A program made the translations under genes and the position numbers. A stretch of DNA of 60,332 nucleotides from positions 1 to 60,332 of the forward strand of contig JBMYVD010000006.1 in NCBI GenBank assembly GCA_049606035.1, in the 5' to 3' direction. Source of the DNA: Candidatus Poseidoniaceae archaeon. Its GTDB lineage: Archaea > Thermoplasmatota > Poseidoniia > Poseidoniales > Poseidoniaceae. Below the pieces are notes generated by a model that saw only the letters and a program-made list of their open reading frames with translations, ran no database searches and had not been told where the DNA came from. This document shows positions 10,196 through 21,100 of this stretch, in pieces. Position 1 is the first letter of the stretch, and every line of letters starts with the position of its first letter.

Positions 10196-11136
10196 TCCTC
10201 GCATGCGCGTTTGATTAGAACTTTGATCATGTTTCTTCGATACCTCGGAGGCAGAGATGTGTTGTTGACCGGTTTTGTATTATTGTAAACAGCATCACAA
10301 ATCGACTTGATGTCTCCTCCGGATTCAGCTACTTCTTCGTCGTGTCTTCTTGGAATACTTTCTAGGGCAGTGGTAGCAACTCTTAGTGTTGAGCGGTCTC
10401 CTTTCTTCCATGCTGCTGCAGCTCCTGCTTCAGGGAAATCCCATGACTCTCTGAGCCTCAGTTTTCTGTAAGCACCAATCCACTCAGATACATCCGAGGG
10501 CAGGGTAACCTTGAGCATGAATTCTCCAGGCAGTAGGACATTTCGAGTCATGCCATCCAACTGATAAAATTCGGTAAGAGGCATCTCTCTAGCACCATTC
10601 GGTCCGATTAGATGCACGGTTGCATCCAAAACCATGAGATTTGGTGCGATGTCACCTTGATATGTTGCGACACAAAGTGTGTTTTGGTTTGGAATGACTC
10701 TACAATCAGCGCCAGTACCACAATCAGCCTTGTGACACCAATCTATGCTGCTTCTCCACTCCTCTGCTTGGTTGTACCAGAAACATCGTGTATCTAGGCA
10801 CAAGTTACCACCAAGTGTGGCATTTCTTCGGATAAGTGATGATGCAACCTTACTCGAAGCTTCGGCTATTAGTGGGTGAACCTCACTGCTAACTGAAATG
10901 TCATGTAATCTAGCCATACATCCGATTTCAGTCATTGAAATTGTGGAAACGCCCTCTAGACCTGCAAGAGAAATGACGTGCGGTTTGGTATTGATGTGCC
11001 ACTTGTAGTTGGGAATAATGTCGGTCCCGCCTGCAATCCAGTCAAATTCTTGACCTGATTCTAGCAACTGTGCGGCAATTTGACATGCTTCCTCAACGCT
11101 GGTTGGTTTGTGAAGTTCAAATGGTGGCATTAGCAT
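10192..11136 (-). CDS. Xanthine dehydrogenase-family FAD subunit, HcrB-like with [4Fe-4S] insertion
   Basis: AGGTD and ATLGGNLC FAD motifs; Cys-rich insert CLDTRC.WYNQ..EWR...WC...C...C.ATYQGD. Confidence 0.88.
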   Translation of the reverse strand: MLMPPFELHKPTSVEEACQIAAQLLESGQEFDWIAGGTDIIPNYKWHINTKPHVISLAGLEGVSTISMTEIGCMARLHDISVSSEVHPLIAEASSKVASSLIRRNATLGGNLCLDTRCFWYNQAEEWRSSIDWCHKADCGTGADCRVIPNQNTLCVATYQGDIAPNLMVLDATVHLIGPNGAREMPLTEFYQLDGMTRNVLLPGEFMLKVTLPSDVSEWIGAYRKLRLRESWDFPEAGAAAAWKKGDRSTLRVATTALESIPRRHDEEVAESGGDIKSICDAVYNNTKPVNNTSLPPRYRRNMIKVLIKRACEE

Positions 11137-13949
11137 CAGTTTTCACCTCCCATGTGTCTTTGTTCCTGTTTGAGCCATGCTTTACCGGCCAACCCTAGTT
11201 CTGCGAGTTGTTCTGGTTCTGGCTTGTCAGCAGATTTCCAACCTTCGACTTGGTCTTCTAGTGGAAGGTTTGGATCGAATCCAAACAAAACACCGTTGAC
11301 ATAGGCATCGGTATCCTCACTACGTTGCCTTCTCTTATCTCGGATTTCATGCTCAGATGCACGTTGCTCCAACTTCTTTTGCAATTCTGAGAAATCCAAT
11401 CTTGGAACAGGTAAGTCTGCAGGGTCGTCGATACCTTCGACCTTCATCTTCTTGGCAATAGCAGCCCAGACTTTGTCAGGCGTCAATGGAAGGTCGTTGA
11501 TTCTGATTCCAATTGCATCGTATACTGCATTTACAACCGCCGGTAGGATAGGCAATAGAGGGCCTTCTCCAGCTTCCTTTGCACCGAACGGACCTTCTGG
11601 GTCACACGATTCAATGATAATCGGAGTTACATTTGGCATTTCGTGGACACTTGGAATCTTATAGTCGAGAAGGTTAGGATTCTGTAGGTGTCCTGTCCTT
11701 CCATATACCATCTGTTCAGTCAATACTTGGCCTAGACCCATGTGACATGAGCCGATTATCTGTCCTTCAACAGCAAGCGGATTCAGAGCCTTCCCACAGT
11801 CGTGGGCAGCCCATACATCTGTACACTTGATCAGACCAGTCTCTACATCGACCTCTACCTCTGCGACATATGCAGAGAATGAGTATGCCGGAGCAAGTCC
11901 CGCTGCTGCACCTTTGTGAACTCCTCCCATTGGAGGTGAACGGTAAGCACCCGAAGAAATCAAGGCACCCTTGTCTTCTTGTGCTTTGTGAAGTGCTTCA
12001 AGATATGACATTCCTATAGCAGGATCATGCTTGTAGTAGATTCTCCTATCGTTCAAAACAAGTGTATCCGGGTGGTAACCAAGAGTGTCCCATGCTGCAT
12101 TCAGCAACTTTTCCTTAATCTCCAATGCAGCTCGAATTGCAGCATTCGCATTCATGAAAGTCACTCTTGACGAGTATGACCCTAAGTCAACTGGGCTCGT
12201 GTCGCTCTCGTGACTTCGGACGTGAATCATTTCAATCGGTAAAGCCAATACCTCTGCAACGACTTGAGCGACTGCTGTTGTTGAGCCTTGACCGATATCT
12301 GCTGCTCCTGTGTGAACAGTAACTCCACCATCCATGTCGATTTGGATGTGGACAGTTGCGTGTGGGAATTTGTTAGGGTCCCAGTGAATTGGTAATCCTG
12401 AACCAGAGATGAAGAATCCACATCCGATTCCTATTCCTTTTCCTAGAGGCATCTTCCTGAATTTATTGTCCCAGTCGCTTCCTTTCCTAACCTCTTGCAA
12501 TGCCTGGCGCATTCCATTTGAGGTTATTCTGAATCCTGAAATTGTCCTAGAATGTGGAGGGAGTAAATTTGCAAGACGCAAATCGATTGGGTCGACTTGT
12601 AATTGCTCAGACATATCGTCGAGTCCAACCTCAACAGCAGTTCTTGTGTTTACTGCACCGTGACCACGCATAGCACCGCTAGCTGGCTTATTTGTCCAAA
12701 CTCTAGCACCAGTGTAATGGAAAGAGCCTAATTCGTACGGTGCCGTTGCAAGCACTCCGTTGTAGTATGAGGTGACGTGTCCGAATGAGGCGAATCCACC
12801 GCCGTCGATTAGTGCATCAATATCGAATCCTGAGATTCTCGCTTCTTCATCAGCATACATCTGCACTTCGATATGGCTTGGGTGGCGGCCTCGATTTACC
12901 CAGAATACTTCTTCTCTGTCGAAGGTTATCCTAACTGGCCTGCCTGCTTTTCGTGCCAGAATGGCTGCACACATCTCGTGAGGGAATGGGTCGGATTTTC
13001 CTCCAAATCCACCGCCAACAAAGGTTCGAATAACATTCACCTGATGCATTGGAACATCGAGAACTGTGGCAAGTGCCCTGTGGGCATAGTGAGGAACTTG
13101 TTGTGGCGTGTAAAGTTGCAGTCTTCCGTTTGAATCCCAGTGTGCAACCACTGCGTGTGGTTCTGTAAATCCGTGATTTACACCCATGTATTTCCACTTT
13201 CCGTGGTACATGGCATTGGGATTCTCTACCATAGAGCGGTCTCCGAACTCTTGGAATACTCTCTTTTGTACGTTGGTTGAACCCACGTGATATTTTCCTC
13301 TCCAATGAATTGGCTCGTCTACATCTTCGAGACCTTTCTTCATATCGTGAATTGAATCTAGAACTTCATATTCGACATCGATCAATGCGACTGCTTCTCT
13401 CGCTGTGGCTTCGTCTACCGCTGCAACACATGCAACTAGGTCGCCGACGTGTCTAACTTTCTCGACAGCCATTGCGTGTTCGTCTTTTGTAACCGGAAGA
13501 ACTCCGAACTTATTCGGTGCATCTTCGCCGGTAGCGACGGCAATTACACCTGGTAGTGCTTCCGCTTTGCTTGTGTCAATGCTTACAACCTTGGCATAAT
13601 GATGGGGCGACCTTACGATTCTGCCAATTATCTCATTTGGCAATCTAACGTCATCACCGTACCATGCTTGACCAGTGACCTTTGCATTGGCATCGACAAG
13701 AGGAATTGATTTCCCGACTACAGTACCTGTTCTTGCTCTATCGTGAATGTGAGCGCCCGCTGGTTGCTTCTCCTTTCCTCCAACCATTTCTGGAATAAAA
13801 TCGAGGTCTCTAGGTTTCATTACAGGCCTTGAGCCTCCCGAACCTGGTGGTGCGAAACTCTGCTTTCCTGCAACCCTCTTACCATCCTTTCGGATTTCTC
13901 CAGAACCGCTTCCGGGCTGTTGCTTGTATCCACCTGACATAGGTATCAC
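11136..13949 (-). CDS. Xanthine dehydrogenase-family molybdopterin subunit, HcrA-like
   Basis: VGGGFGGK, AMRGHG, DIGQG, GSYSSR, VEGQIIG and GAKEAGE (catalytic Glu). Confidence 0.9.
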   Translation of the reverse strand: MIPMSGGYKQQPGSGSGEIRKDGKRVAGKQSFAPPGSGGSRPVMKPRDLDFIPEMVGGKEKQPAGAHIHDRARTGTVVGKSIPLVDANAKVTGQAWYGDDVRLPNEIIGRIVRSPHHYAKVVSIDTSKAEALPGVIAVATGEDAPNKFGVLPVTKDEHAMAVEKVRHVGDLVACVAAVDEATAREAVALIDVEYEVLDSIHDMKKGLEDVDEPIHWRGKYHVGSTNVQKRVFQEFGDRSMVENPNAMYHGKWKYMGVNHGFTEPHAVVAHWDSNGRLQLYTPQQVPHYAHRALATVLDVPMHQVNVIRTFVGGGFGGKSDPFPHEMCAAILARKAGRPVRITFDREEVFWVNRGRHPSHIEVQMYADEEARISGFDIDALIDGGGFASFGHVTSYYNGVLATAPYELGSFHYTGARVWTNKPASGAMRGHGAVNTRTAVEVGLDDMSEQLQVDPIDLRLANLLPPHSRTISGFRITSNGMRQALQEVRKGSDWDNKFRKMPLGKGIGIGCGFFISGSGLPIHWDPNKFPHATVHIQIDMDGGVTVHTGAADIGQGSTTAVAQVVAEVLALPIEMIHVRSHESDTSPVDLGSYSSRVTFMNANAAIRAALEIKEKLLNAAWDTLGYHPDTLVLNDRRIYYKHDPAIGMSYLEALHKAQEDKGALISSGAYRSPPMGGVHKGAAAGLAPAYSFSAYVAEVEVDVETGLIKCTDVWAAHDCGKALNPLAVEGQIIGSCHMGLGQVLTEQMVYGRTGHLQNPNLLDYKIPSVHEMPNVTPIIIESCDPEGPFGAKEAGEGPLLPILPAVVNAVYDAIGIRINDLPLTPDKVWAAIAKKMKVEGIDDPADLPVPRLDFSELQKKLEQRASEHEIRDKRRQRSEDTDAYVNGVLFGFDPNLPLEDQVEGWKSADKPEPEQLAELGLAGKAWLKQEQRHMGGEN

Positions 13950-14548
13950 CTCGCATGGCCCGGAGGCATTGTCGGCTCTTCAGGACCGCTTGGGTTAGGA
14001 TCAGGGTGAGCATCGCTTGCTGCTGGCGCAGATTCTGATTCACCACGGTGAATTGCTGCTGCTGCTTGAATTGATTCAATGATTTGTTGATATCCGGTAC
14101 ATCTGCACAGATTTCCTTCAATCGCACATGCGATTTCTGAATCTGAGGGGTTGGGGTTTTCATTAAGTAATGCTTGTGAGGCCACTAAGAAACCAGGGGT
14201 ACAAAAGCCACATTGAGAGCCACCATGGTCTGCAAAGCACTGCTGAATTGGTGCTAGGTGTGCACCGTCTGCTAAGCCTTCGACAGTGGTTATTTTGCTA
14301 CCGCTTGCATCCTGTGCCATAGTTAGGCAAGATAGTCGTGGTTGACCGTCGATCATCACAGTGCAGCAACCACAAGTTCCCATGTCACATCCTCGCTTTA
14401 CACCCAAGCATCCTGCTTTGTCCCGCAAGACGTCTAGAAGCACAGCGTTGGATGGTGCAAGGACTTCACGAACCTGACCATTAACTTCGGCTGTCCACAC
14501 CTTGGAAGGTGCCGCTGGAATCATCGAAACGTGCTCTTTTCCAACCAT
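13946..14548 (-). CDS. 2x[2Fe-2S] small subunit (HcrC/CoxS-like)
   Basis: GCDMGTCGCCTV...SC, QCGFCTPG and GNLCRCTGY. Confidence 0.92.
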   Translation of the reverse strand: MVGKEHVSMIPAAPSKVWTAEVNGQVREVLAPSNAVLLDVLRDKAGCLGVKRGCDMGTCGCCTVMIDGQPRLSCLTMAQDASGSKITTVEGLADGAHLAPIQQCFADHGGSQCGFCTPGFLVASQALLNENPNPSDSEIACAIEGNLCRCTGYQQIIESIQAAAAIHRGESESAPAASDAHPDPNPSGPEEPTMPPGHAR

Positions 14549-14644
14549 AATTGTCACCAACTGATTGACCCGAGTAAGAATCACCCTTTCAGCATTGGCA
14601 CTGAATTATCCAATTTACATGTCGCAAATGTTGGTAATTTACAC

Positions 14645-16015
14645 CTACCTTTGAGCAACTGAAGTGTGGTCCTCTGCGCCAGGAGAGGGGGTTTTCCAGT
14701 CCTCATCTCCGGGTAATATTAGCCCATCTCCAATCTGCACTAAATCCGAAGCTAACTTCTGTTGAGTAGCACACAATTCATCCCAATTGAGGGATGAATC
14801 TCTCCACTTCGACCAAAGCCTCATTCTTCGCCAAGAAGACTTGCCTTTGGAGTACAATTTCATCTGTAATTTGCCGGCGGTAGGCATCCACCACAGCATC
14901 AATGGCAGGACAAGTATTGCTGGAAGCGAGAACAAGAATTGAATCACTACGCTATAATCTGCTAAACCTGCAAGAGGGCTAGAATCAGAAAGTAAGGCCC
15001 AAGTGAAGGCATAGGCAGAGATTGACCACCAAATTGGATAGGCAACTAATGCAGTGTACAATTTGAGTGCTCCACGTTTACTATCTTCCATTTTTGGGCC
15101 GAAAATTCGGTCTATTGAAACCACAAACAGGAATGGTGGAAAAGATCCTACAATGGCACTAAAAGTGACGAATCCTAGCATAAATGACCATGCGAATAGC
15201 CACAAGAAAATCGACCTGAGGAACCCGTATGTTGTGACGGATTGAGGCCTATCATCAACATGATGAGGTTTCAAATCAAGAAATTCTAGTCTTTCCATGT
15301 GAGACCTAGTTCTATTTTCGAGGTCTCGGCATTTGTCTTGATTGTTAATCGCCATCCATTCCCAAGCAGCTCTAACTCTTCTGGCGCCAATAACCCCTTC
15401 TCCATAGGTTACTACCTCAGTGATTTCGGGATTCTTACGAAGCCTCTCAGCATGAATAATTGACCTTGCTTTCCAGATTAATTCCCTATCTTTCCAATCG
15501 TCTCTAGATAGGGAAGACCTAGATATTTCACCAGATATTACCTTACTCAGGCTTTCTACATCTCCCTCGATTTCTATTGGCCTCTCAACTGTGAGTGCGA
15601 CTCTCTCTCTGAAGAGATGCTTCTTGCTATAATGAATACCAACCGGCAAGATTACTGGTGGATTATCAGGAGATAATTCGGCAGACCTCAAAGCAATTCT
15701 TGCAGCGTTGTCTTGAATTACTTTCGACTTTGGTGAAGAATGGGATTCTCCTTCTGGAAATACTACAACATTTTTCCCCGATGCAACTTCTTTTGCAATA
15801 CTCTCAAGTTCATTCTCATCATTGATGAAACCGTCAAATTTGACTTGCTCTCCTGGCAACAACCCCTTCGTGAGCATGTTGTCAAACAAGCCTCCCGGAT
15901 GCCATGAGACGATAATTGCACCTCTATCCGAAGGAAGGTTCTCAGCATCGATAACAGAGATTTCTCTGAACCATGTGGACATCAAAACCCGGCTAAACCA
16001 GTTTTGGAGCCCCAT
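14645..16015 (-). CDS. PlsC-like phospholipid/glycerol acyltransferase with C-terminal TM region
   Basis: HPGGLFD catalytic His/Asp motif, VVFPEG, ILPVGIHY. Confidence 0.75.
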   Translation of the reverse strand: MGLQNWFSRVLMSTWFREISVIDAENLPSDRGAIIVSWHPGGLFDNMLTKGLLPGEQVKFDGFINDENELESIAKEVASGKNVVVFPEGESHSSPKSKVIQDNAARIALRSAELSPDNPPVILPVGIHYSKKHLFRERVALTVERPIEIEGDVESLSKVISGEISRSSLSRDDWKDRELIWKARSIIHAERLRKNPEITEVVTYGEGVIGARRVRAAWEWMAINNQDKCRDLENRTRSHMERLEFLDLKPHHVDDRPQSVTTYGFLRSIFLWLFAWSFMLGFVTFSAIVGSFPPFLFVVSIDRIFGPKMEDSKRGALKLYTALVAYPIWWSISAYAFTWALLSDSSPLAGLADYSVVIQFLFSLPAILVLPLMLWWMPTAGKLQMKLYSKGKSSWRRMRLWSKWRDSSLNWDELCATQQKLASDLVQIGDGLILPGDEDWKTPSPGAEDHTSVAQR

Positions 16016-16117
16016 AGTGACTCCTAATGATTTCAGGTTTTGATATATCCCCCGATTTTACGCGAATACACAGGGTTCAAACACTAGCACTAACTCGATT
16101 ACATCGCGGTGAGGATA

Positions 16118-18058
16118 ATGAACGGCTACAAACGTTGTTTCGGACTATTTGGATTATTCATGTTAGTTGCACCATTAATCGTCGCAACTGTTCCAGTATC
16201 AGCAGAATTTGAAGATGATTCTGAGCCAGTTGGATGGTGGACTGAAACCACAGTCGACCGCAATCAAAACAAGATTGGAGACATGGTCGAACTCCACATG
16301 GACAATCCAATCTTCTTGGATGAGGATAACACACTTCCTCTAATCATCGACTACCATTACACTCCCGGCCAAGAAGACATTGATGTTCTAGAGCGCACCG
16401 TTGAATATCAACATCAGTTCATTCTGCACGGCATAGATGCTCTCGCTGGCAGAGTTCCAGTGACTGAATTGCTAACTCTCAGAGATATTCCAGGAGTTGT
16501 GATGATCGAACTTGATGGGATTTTGACAATTGCAAATAATGATGCAAGAATCGGACACGGTGTCGATGTTACATTCGCAGAAACAGGTTATGACGGTGCA
16601 GGAACTACAGTAGCAATCATCGATACTGGACTGGACGGTAATCATACAAGTTTGGATGACCAAGATGACGACCCAACAACATATGACCCCAAGATTTTGG
16701 GATTCTATGACGCTGTCAACAGCCCTGATGATACAAGTGGTAACATATTCCCATTCGATGACCAAGGACACGGTTCCCACTGTGGAGGAACTACAGCAGG
16801 AACCGGTGCACCAACCTACGAACATCCAGGAATGGCACCACAAGCACACCTAGTAGGTGTCAAGGTATTGGGAGCAGATGGCTCAGGTTCATTCGCTGGC
16901 GTTATGGCCGGAATGCAATGGACGATTGATACCATGCACCAGTATAACACAAGAATCGCATCAATGAGTCTAGGTGGACCGGGTGCAATCGAGTGGACAT
17001 CCTCTGAAGAAGACAGCGTAAACCGACAAGCAAACGCAATGGTAAGAGCAGGAATCGCTCTATACATCGCTGCAGGAAACAATGCAGTAAGCGCTCAAAT
17101 TGGAACTCCTGGCTCCGCAGAGGATGTAATCACAGTCGGTGCACTTGACAAGGACACCTCGATTGCGGTTTACTCAAGCCAAGGGCCAACAGAAGAAGGT
17201 AGAGTAAAGCCAAACATCGCTTACATGGGTAGCAGCATCATGTCAGTTGCTTACAACTCAGGTGACCAATATACTGCAATGAGCGGCACTAGCATGGCAA
17301 CGCCAGGTGCTGCAGGTGTCGGAGCATTAATGCTGCAAGCAAACCCGAACTTATCTCCGTTTGATATTCGTAACATCATGCAAGAGACTGCAACTTACAG
17401 ACAATGCCACTACATGGGCGCAAACGAACCGTGTGCTGAGGATTTGATTCCTAAGAACCGCCAAAACAACGTTTACGGGCACGGGCACGTAAACTCACTA
17501 GAAGCAGTACTAGAAGCTGCAGAATACAACCAACAGTATACTTTCAACTCAAACCTTACTTTGATGGTGACTGAAACTATTCTAACAAATGGTAACATTG
17601 TCATGGGTCCAGGTTCAGTCATGGAAATTGAAATCAGCGAAAGTATCGATTCAGTCCAATGGATGAGTAATGACTTGAGAGATTCGTGGTCCAACATCCA
17701 TTCCTATGACGGAGGAACCAGTGTTGTCCTAGATTACGACTTGATTGTCGAAGAACTAGAACACCTTCCTGGAATTCTTCTTCACGACAACCACACACTG
17801 TCCCTGCGTGGACTGGATGGAACAACTTCGAGCCCACTTGTTTCTGTGGACATTACACTGACGAAGGAAGTTATTGTAGCTACAAGTGACGATACAAGTT
17901 CGACAATGAATTACGTCGTATACGGCTCTGTATTTGCGGCAATAATTCTCTCAATTGTTCTGTTAATCGCTTTCATCAATAACGAATCAGAGAAAGAAGC
18001 GAGACACCCAATCGACAAGGATATCGACGAGGTCGTTGAAGCCGAAATCATGGATTAA
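16118..18058 (+). CDS. Membrane-anchored S8 (subtilisin-like) serine protease
   Basis: Catalytic triad IIDTG / HGSHCGG / SGTSMATP; AAGN oxyanion motif; signal peptide, prodomain and C-terminal TM. Confidence 0.93.
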   Translation: MNGYKRCFGLFGLFMLVAPLIVATVPVSAEFEDDSEPVGWWTETTVDRNQNKIGDMVELHMDNPIFLDEDNTLPLIIDYHYTPGQEDIDVLERTVEYQHQFILHGIDALAGRVPVTELLTLRDIPGVVMIELDGILTIANNDARIGHGVDVTFAETGYDGAGTTVAIIDTGLDGNHTSLDDQDDDPTTYDPKILGFYDAVNSPDDTSGNIFPFDDQGHGSHCGGTTAGTGAPTYEHPGMAPQAHLVGVKVLGADGSGSFAGVMAGMQWTIDTMHQYNTRIASMSLGGPGAIEWTSSEEDSVNRQANAMVRAGIALYIAAGNNAVSAQIGTPGSAEDVITVGALDKDTSIAVYSSQGPTEEGRVKPNIAYMGSSIMSVAYNSGDQYTAMSGTSMATPGAAGVGALMLQANPNLSPFDIRNIMQETATYRQCHYMGANEPCAEDLIPKNRQNNVYGHGHVNSLEAVLEAAEYNQQYTFNSNLTLMVTETILTNGNIVMGPGSVMEIEISESIDSVQWMSNDLRDSWSNIHSYDGGTSVVLDYDLIVEELEHLPGILLHDNHTLSLRGLDGTTSSPLVSVDITLTKEVIVATSDDTSSTMNYVVYGSVFAAIILSIVLLIAFINNESEKEARHPIDKDIDEVVEAEIMD

Positions 18059-18126
18059 ACCCCAAACTAATGTTTGATTCCGGCTCAACATTCAAAAGGG
18101 CATAGACTAAATTCACCCTGAGAACT

Positions 18127-21100
18127 ATGGCTGATTCACCATCTAGACCAAAGAGACCAACCGCTGCTCGTGCTCTATCTTCCAGAGCAGGTACGCTTTC
18201 TGCAAACGCAGTATCGACTCCGAATGTACAATTAGGAATTATAGGAGAAACGAGGCATGTCGTAAACTCAGGACTGCAAAAATTCGCTCAACTGATCTTA
18301 TTCGGTATCGCAATGGTTGCTATTTGGGCAGGATTACTTTCCATCGCATTTTTCGGAGACGAAACTGGACAACAAGAGTTCCTTGTTCTTGGATTCGGAG
18401 GATTGCTCTCTGGATTCCTAGCGATTTCTCTGGTAGAATTCCAGAGAAGAAAAGGTGGTAATGAATTACAAAATGTACACGATTACATGCTAGGAGTAGC
18501 ATTCTTCTTCCTTGCAGTAGGAACATTATACGGGTCTAGATGGGTAGTCGGACTCCTGGCTGAACAAGGAGTCGATTGGCTCATTCCTGCAAATTCACCA
18601 GACCCAACAATTACTGATTGGAATCCTTCTGCGAATGCGATTTATGTGCAAATGGCCGCTACAGTATCACTTGCTCTTGCACAAACAATGTACCTTAACC
18701 GGCTTAGAGGGGTTACTACATTCGGATGGGCAGTAACTACGTTTACACCTTTGGTTGTAGCACTTATCGGTTCATCAATCTGGATGGAGTGGTCTGACAA
18801 CATTGTTTCATGGGAACTTGGAATCTCGATGATTGCACTTGCATCGCTATCTATGTGGCTGTCGCTTAGAGCGAATAGTGGAATAATTTTCTCAGTTGTT
18901 GCAGTTACATCTGGTCTCTTACCTCTCTTGTACGAATACAGTAACGAAGATACTGGGTCTGGCGGCGCACTATCGCTGCTCGTATTCATCATTGGAGTAC
19001 AAGGAATACTCGCTGCAGACAAGCGTCTACGTCAAGATTTGATGCAAATAACCTCCATATTCCTCGTTGGTGAGGTCATTATTGCAATGCTTATTGCAAG
19101 AGAAGGTGACTTTGAGCTAATCTTGGGTCCAATCAGACAGTATGAACTTGGAGAATTAGCACCTTATCTTACTCTCCAAGTCGGACTTTGGCTTGCTGTA
19201 CTGGTAGCTTATTTCCCAGCAACACTGATGCGAAGAATTCCTTACATGCCAATCGGGCTTGCTGCAAGTCTATTCTTGATTGAACCGAGTGCGAGTTTGA
19301 TTCCTTGGATGACTACAATGATCATGCTTCCATACTTACTGGTAATTTCGAAGGTGACAAGAAACTGGGTTGCTAACATGACTATGGTCGCAGTTGGATT
19401 CTCATTCTTTGCACAATCTCACTTCATGGGTGGATTCGAACCAGGATGGTTAGAGTTCACGATCCTCGTGGTCGTTTTGATGTCTGGAGAGGCTGGAAGG
19501 CAGAAGGGACACCTATCAGATTGGGCACACTTCGTTACACTAGGATTACTGATTCTATCTGAATCTGTATTATTTGGTGATGACCCTTACACTCCTTGGT
19601 CACTCTTCATCTATGCAGTGGTATCATCTTTCATGATGATGATGGAAGCAGAGAAATCAGAGGACAAGCAAAAGGCGTTCGAAGCATCTGCTGCAACTGC
19701 AGCAACCATGGTACTAGCGATTATTCTCTCTGCTTTCGATAGGCTAGAGGTTCCTCTACCTGACAACATTGCCTCGAATCTAGATGGATTCAACATTACA
19801 CTTGCAGTTGTTGGAATTGTGGTTTATTCTGCCATGAGGAAATTCAAGAGCATCGAATTGGACATAGGAGTGCTTCTCAACTGGGCGGATAGCCAAAGAA
19901 AGAAGATGGTACCAGTCTATGATTCGAATACAAATGCCTGGGTCCTACCCGATGCGGATGCGGAACATGACCCTATGGAATATTCCTGGGGCCCACTGGG
20001 TAGAATGAGTCTAATCGGTCCGATGGTTCTATTCACAATTGCTTTGACGTCAGTCGGAATTACCGATTTGGCTCAAAACATAATTTGGACTGTTCTGATG
20101 GTTGTACCGATTGGAATTATCATCTCTGAAGTACTTCTTGAGAAGGAAGCATCTTCCTCCGGAAGAATGATTGCAACGCTGACTCTGATCGCTGTATCAT
20201 TCCCGATGGCTGTTGGACTCAACGATGCAAGATGGGAAACTGGAGTTTTGTATAATTCAATGATTTTGTTTGATGTAATGCTACTTGCTGGACCACTTGG
20301 AATTTCAGTAATGCTTGATAGAAAGGGATTGAATGATGATTCATTGAACAGAACTGCAGACATCGTCACCATGATGGGATTGCTAATTCTAGGTCTATTC
20401 GACACAACTGGAGGTTTGTTATTCGTTGCAATGTACGCGCTTGTATTCTCCAGAGCCCTGAAGCACAGACTGAATTTCATACTCTGCATTGCACCGCTAG
20501 CATTACTGCTGTATGCGCAGAGATTCGTATCTGATGGAGCGATAATGGCAGAGATCTTGTCAATATTCGACCTTGTTGCCTACGACCCAACCGAAACAAC
20601 GATTCTTGATTTGAGTAGATTTACTTTCATAATTATGACAATTACAAATCTGGTCATACTAGTAAGAGCGGTGATTGACAGAAGAACAACTGAGTTCATC
20701 GAGTTCGAGTCCCCGGTTGCAATACCAGCCCTTTGGTTAACACTAGGAATATTTGGAGTACTGCCAGAAGCAAGTTGGCTACTATTGTCGATGACAGTCT
20801 TACTCACAATCTATTCTTGGTTAATCGGCAAACTGGACTTGATTCCTTGGACTCCAGTAATGGCGTTCTTCTCGTTCTATATCGGATTTACAAACGACCC
20901 TAACTTCAGTCACTTTGATGATATTGACTACTTGACAAACAGCCTTCTTGGAACTGGATTGTTCACATTATGTATCAATCAAGCGAGTTCAACTAAATTC
21001 CTGTACAAGTATGCAGACGAAGTTGATAGCGCAAGCTCGATAGAAGGAATGGCGTTTTCCGTTTTCAATTTAGACTCTGATGAAGCTCGTGACAGACTAA

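Noticed and set aside
11136-13949. Aerobic CO dehydrogenase CoxL
   Set aside because: Active-site loop is AMRGHG, not AYRCSFR (form I) or AYRGAGR (form II)
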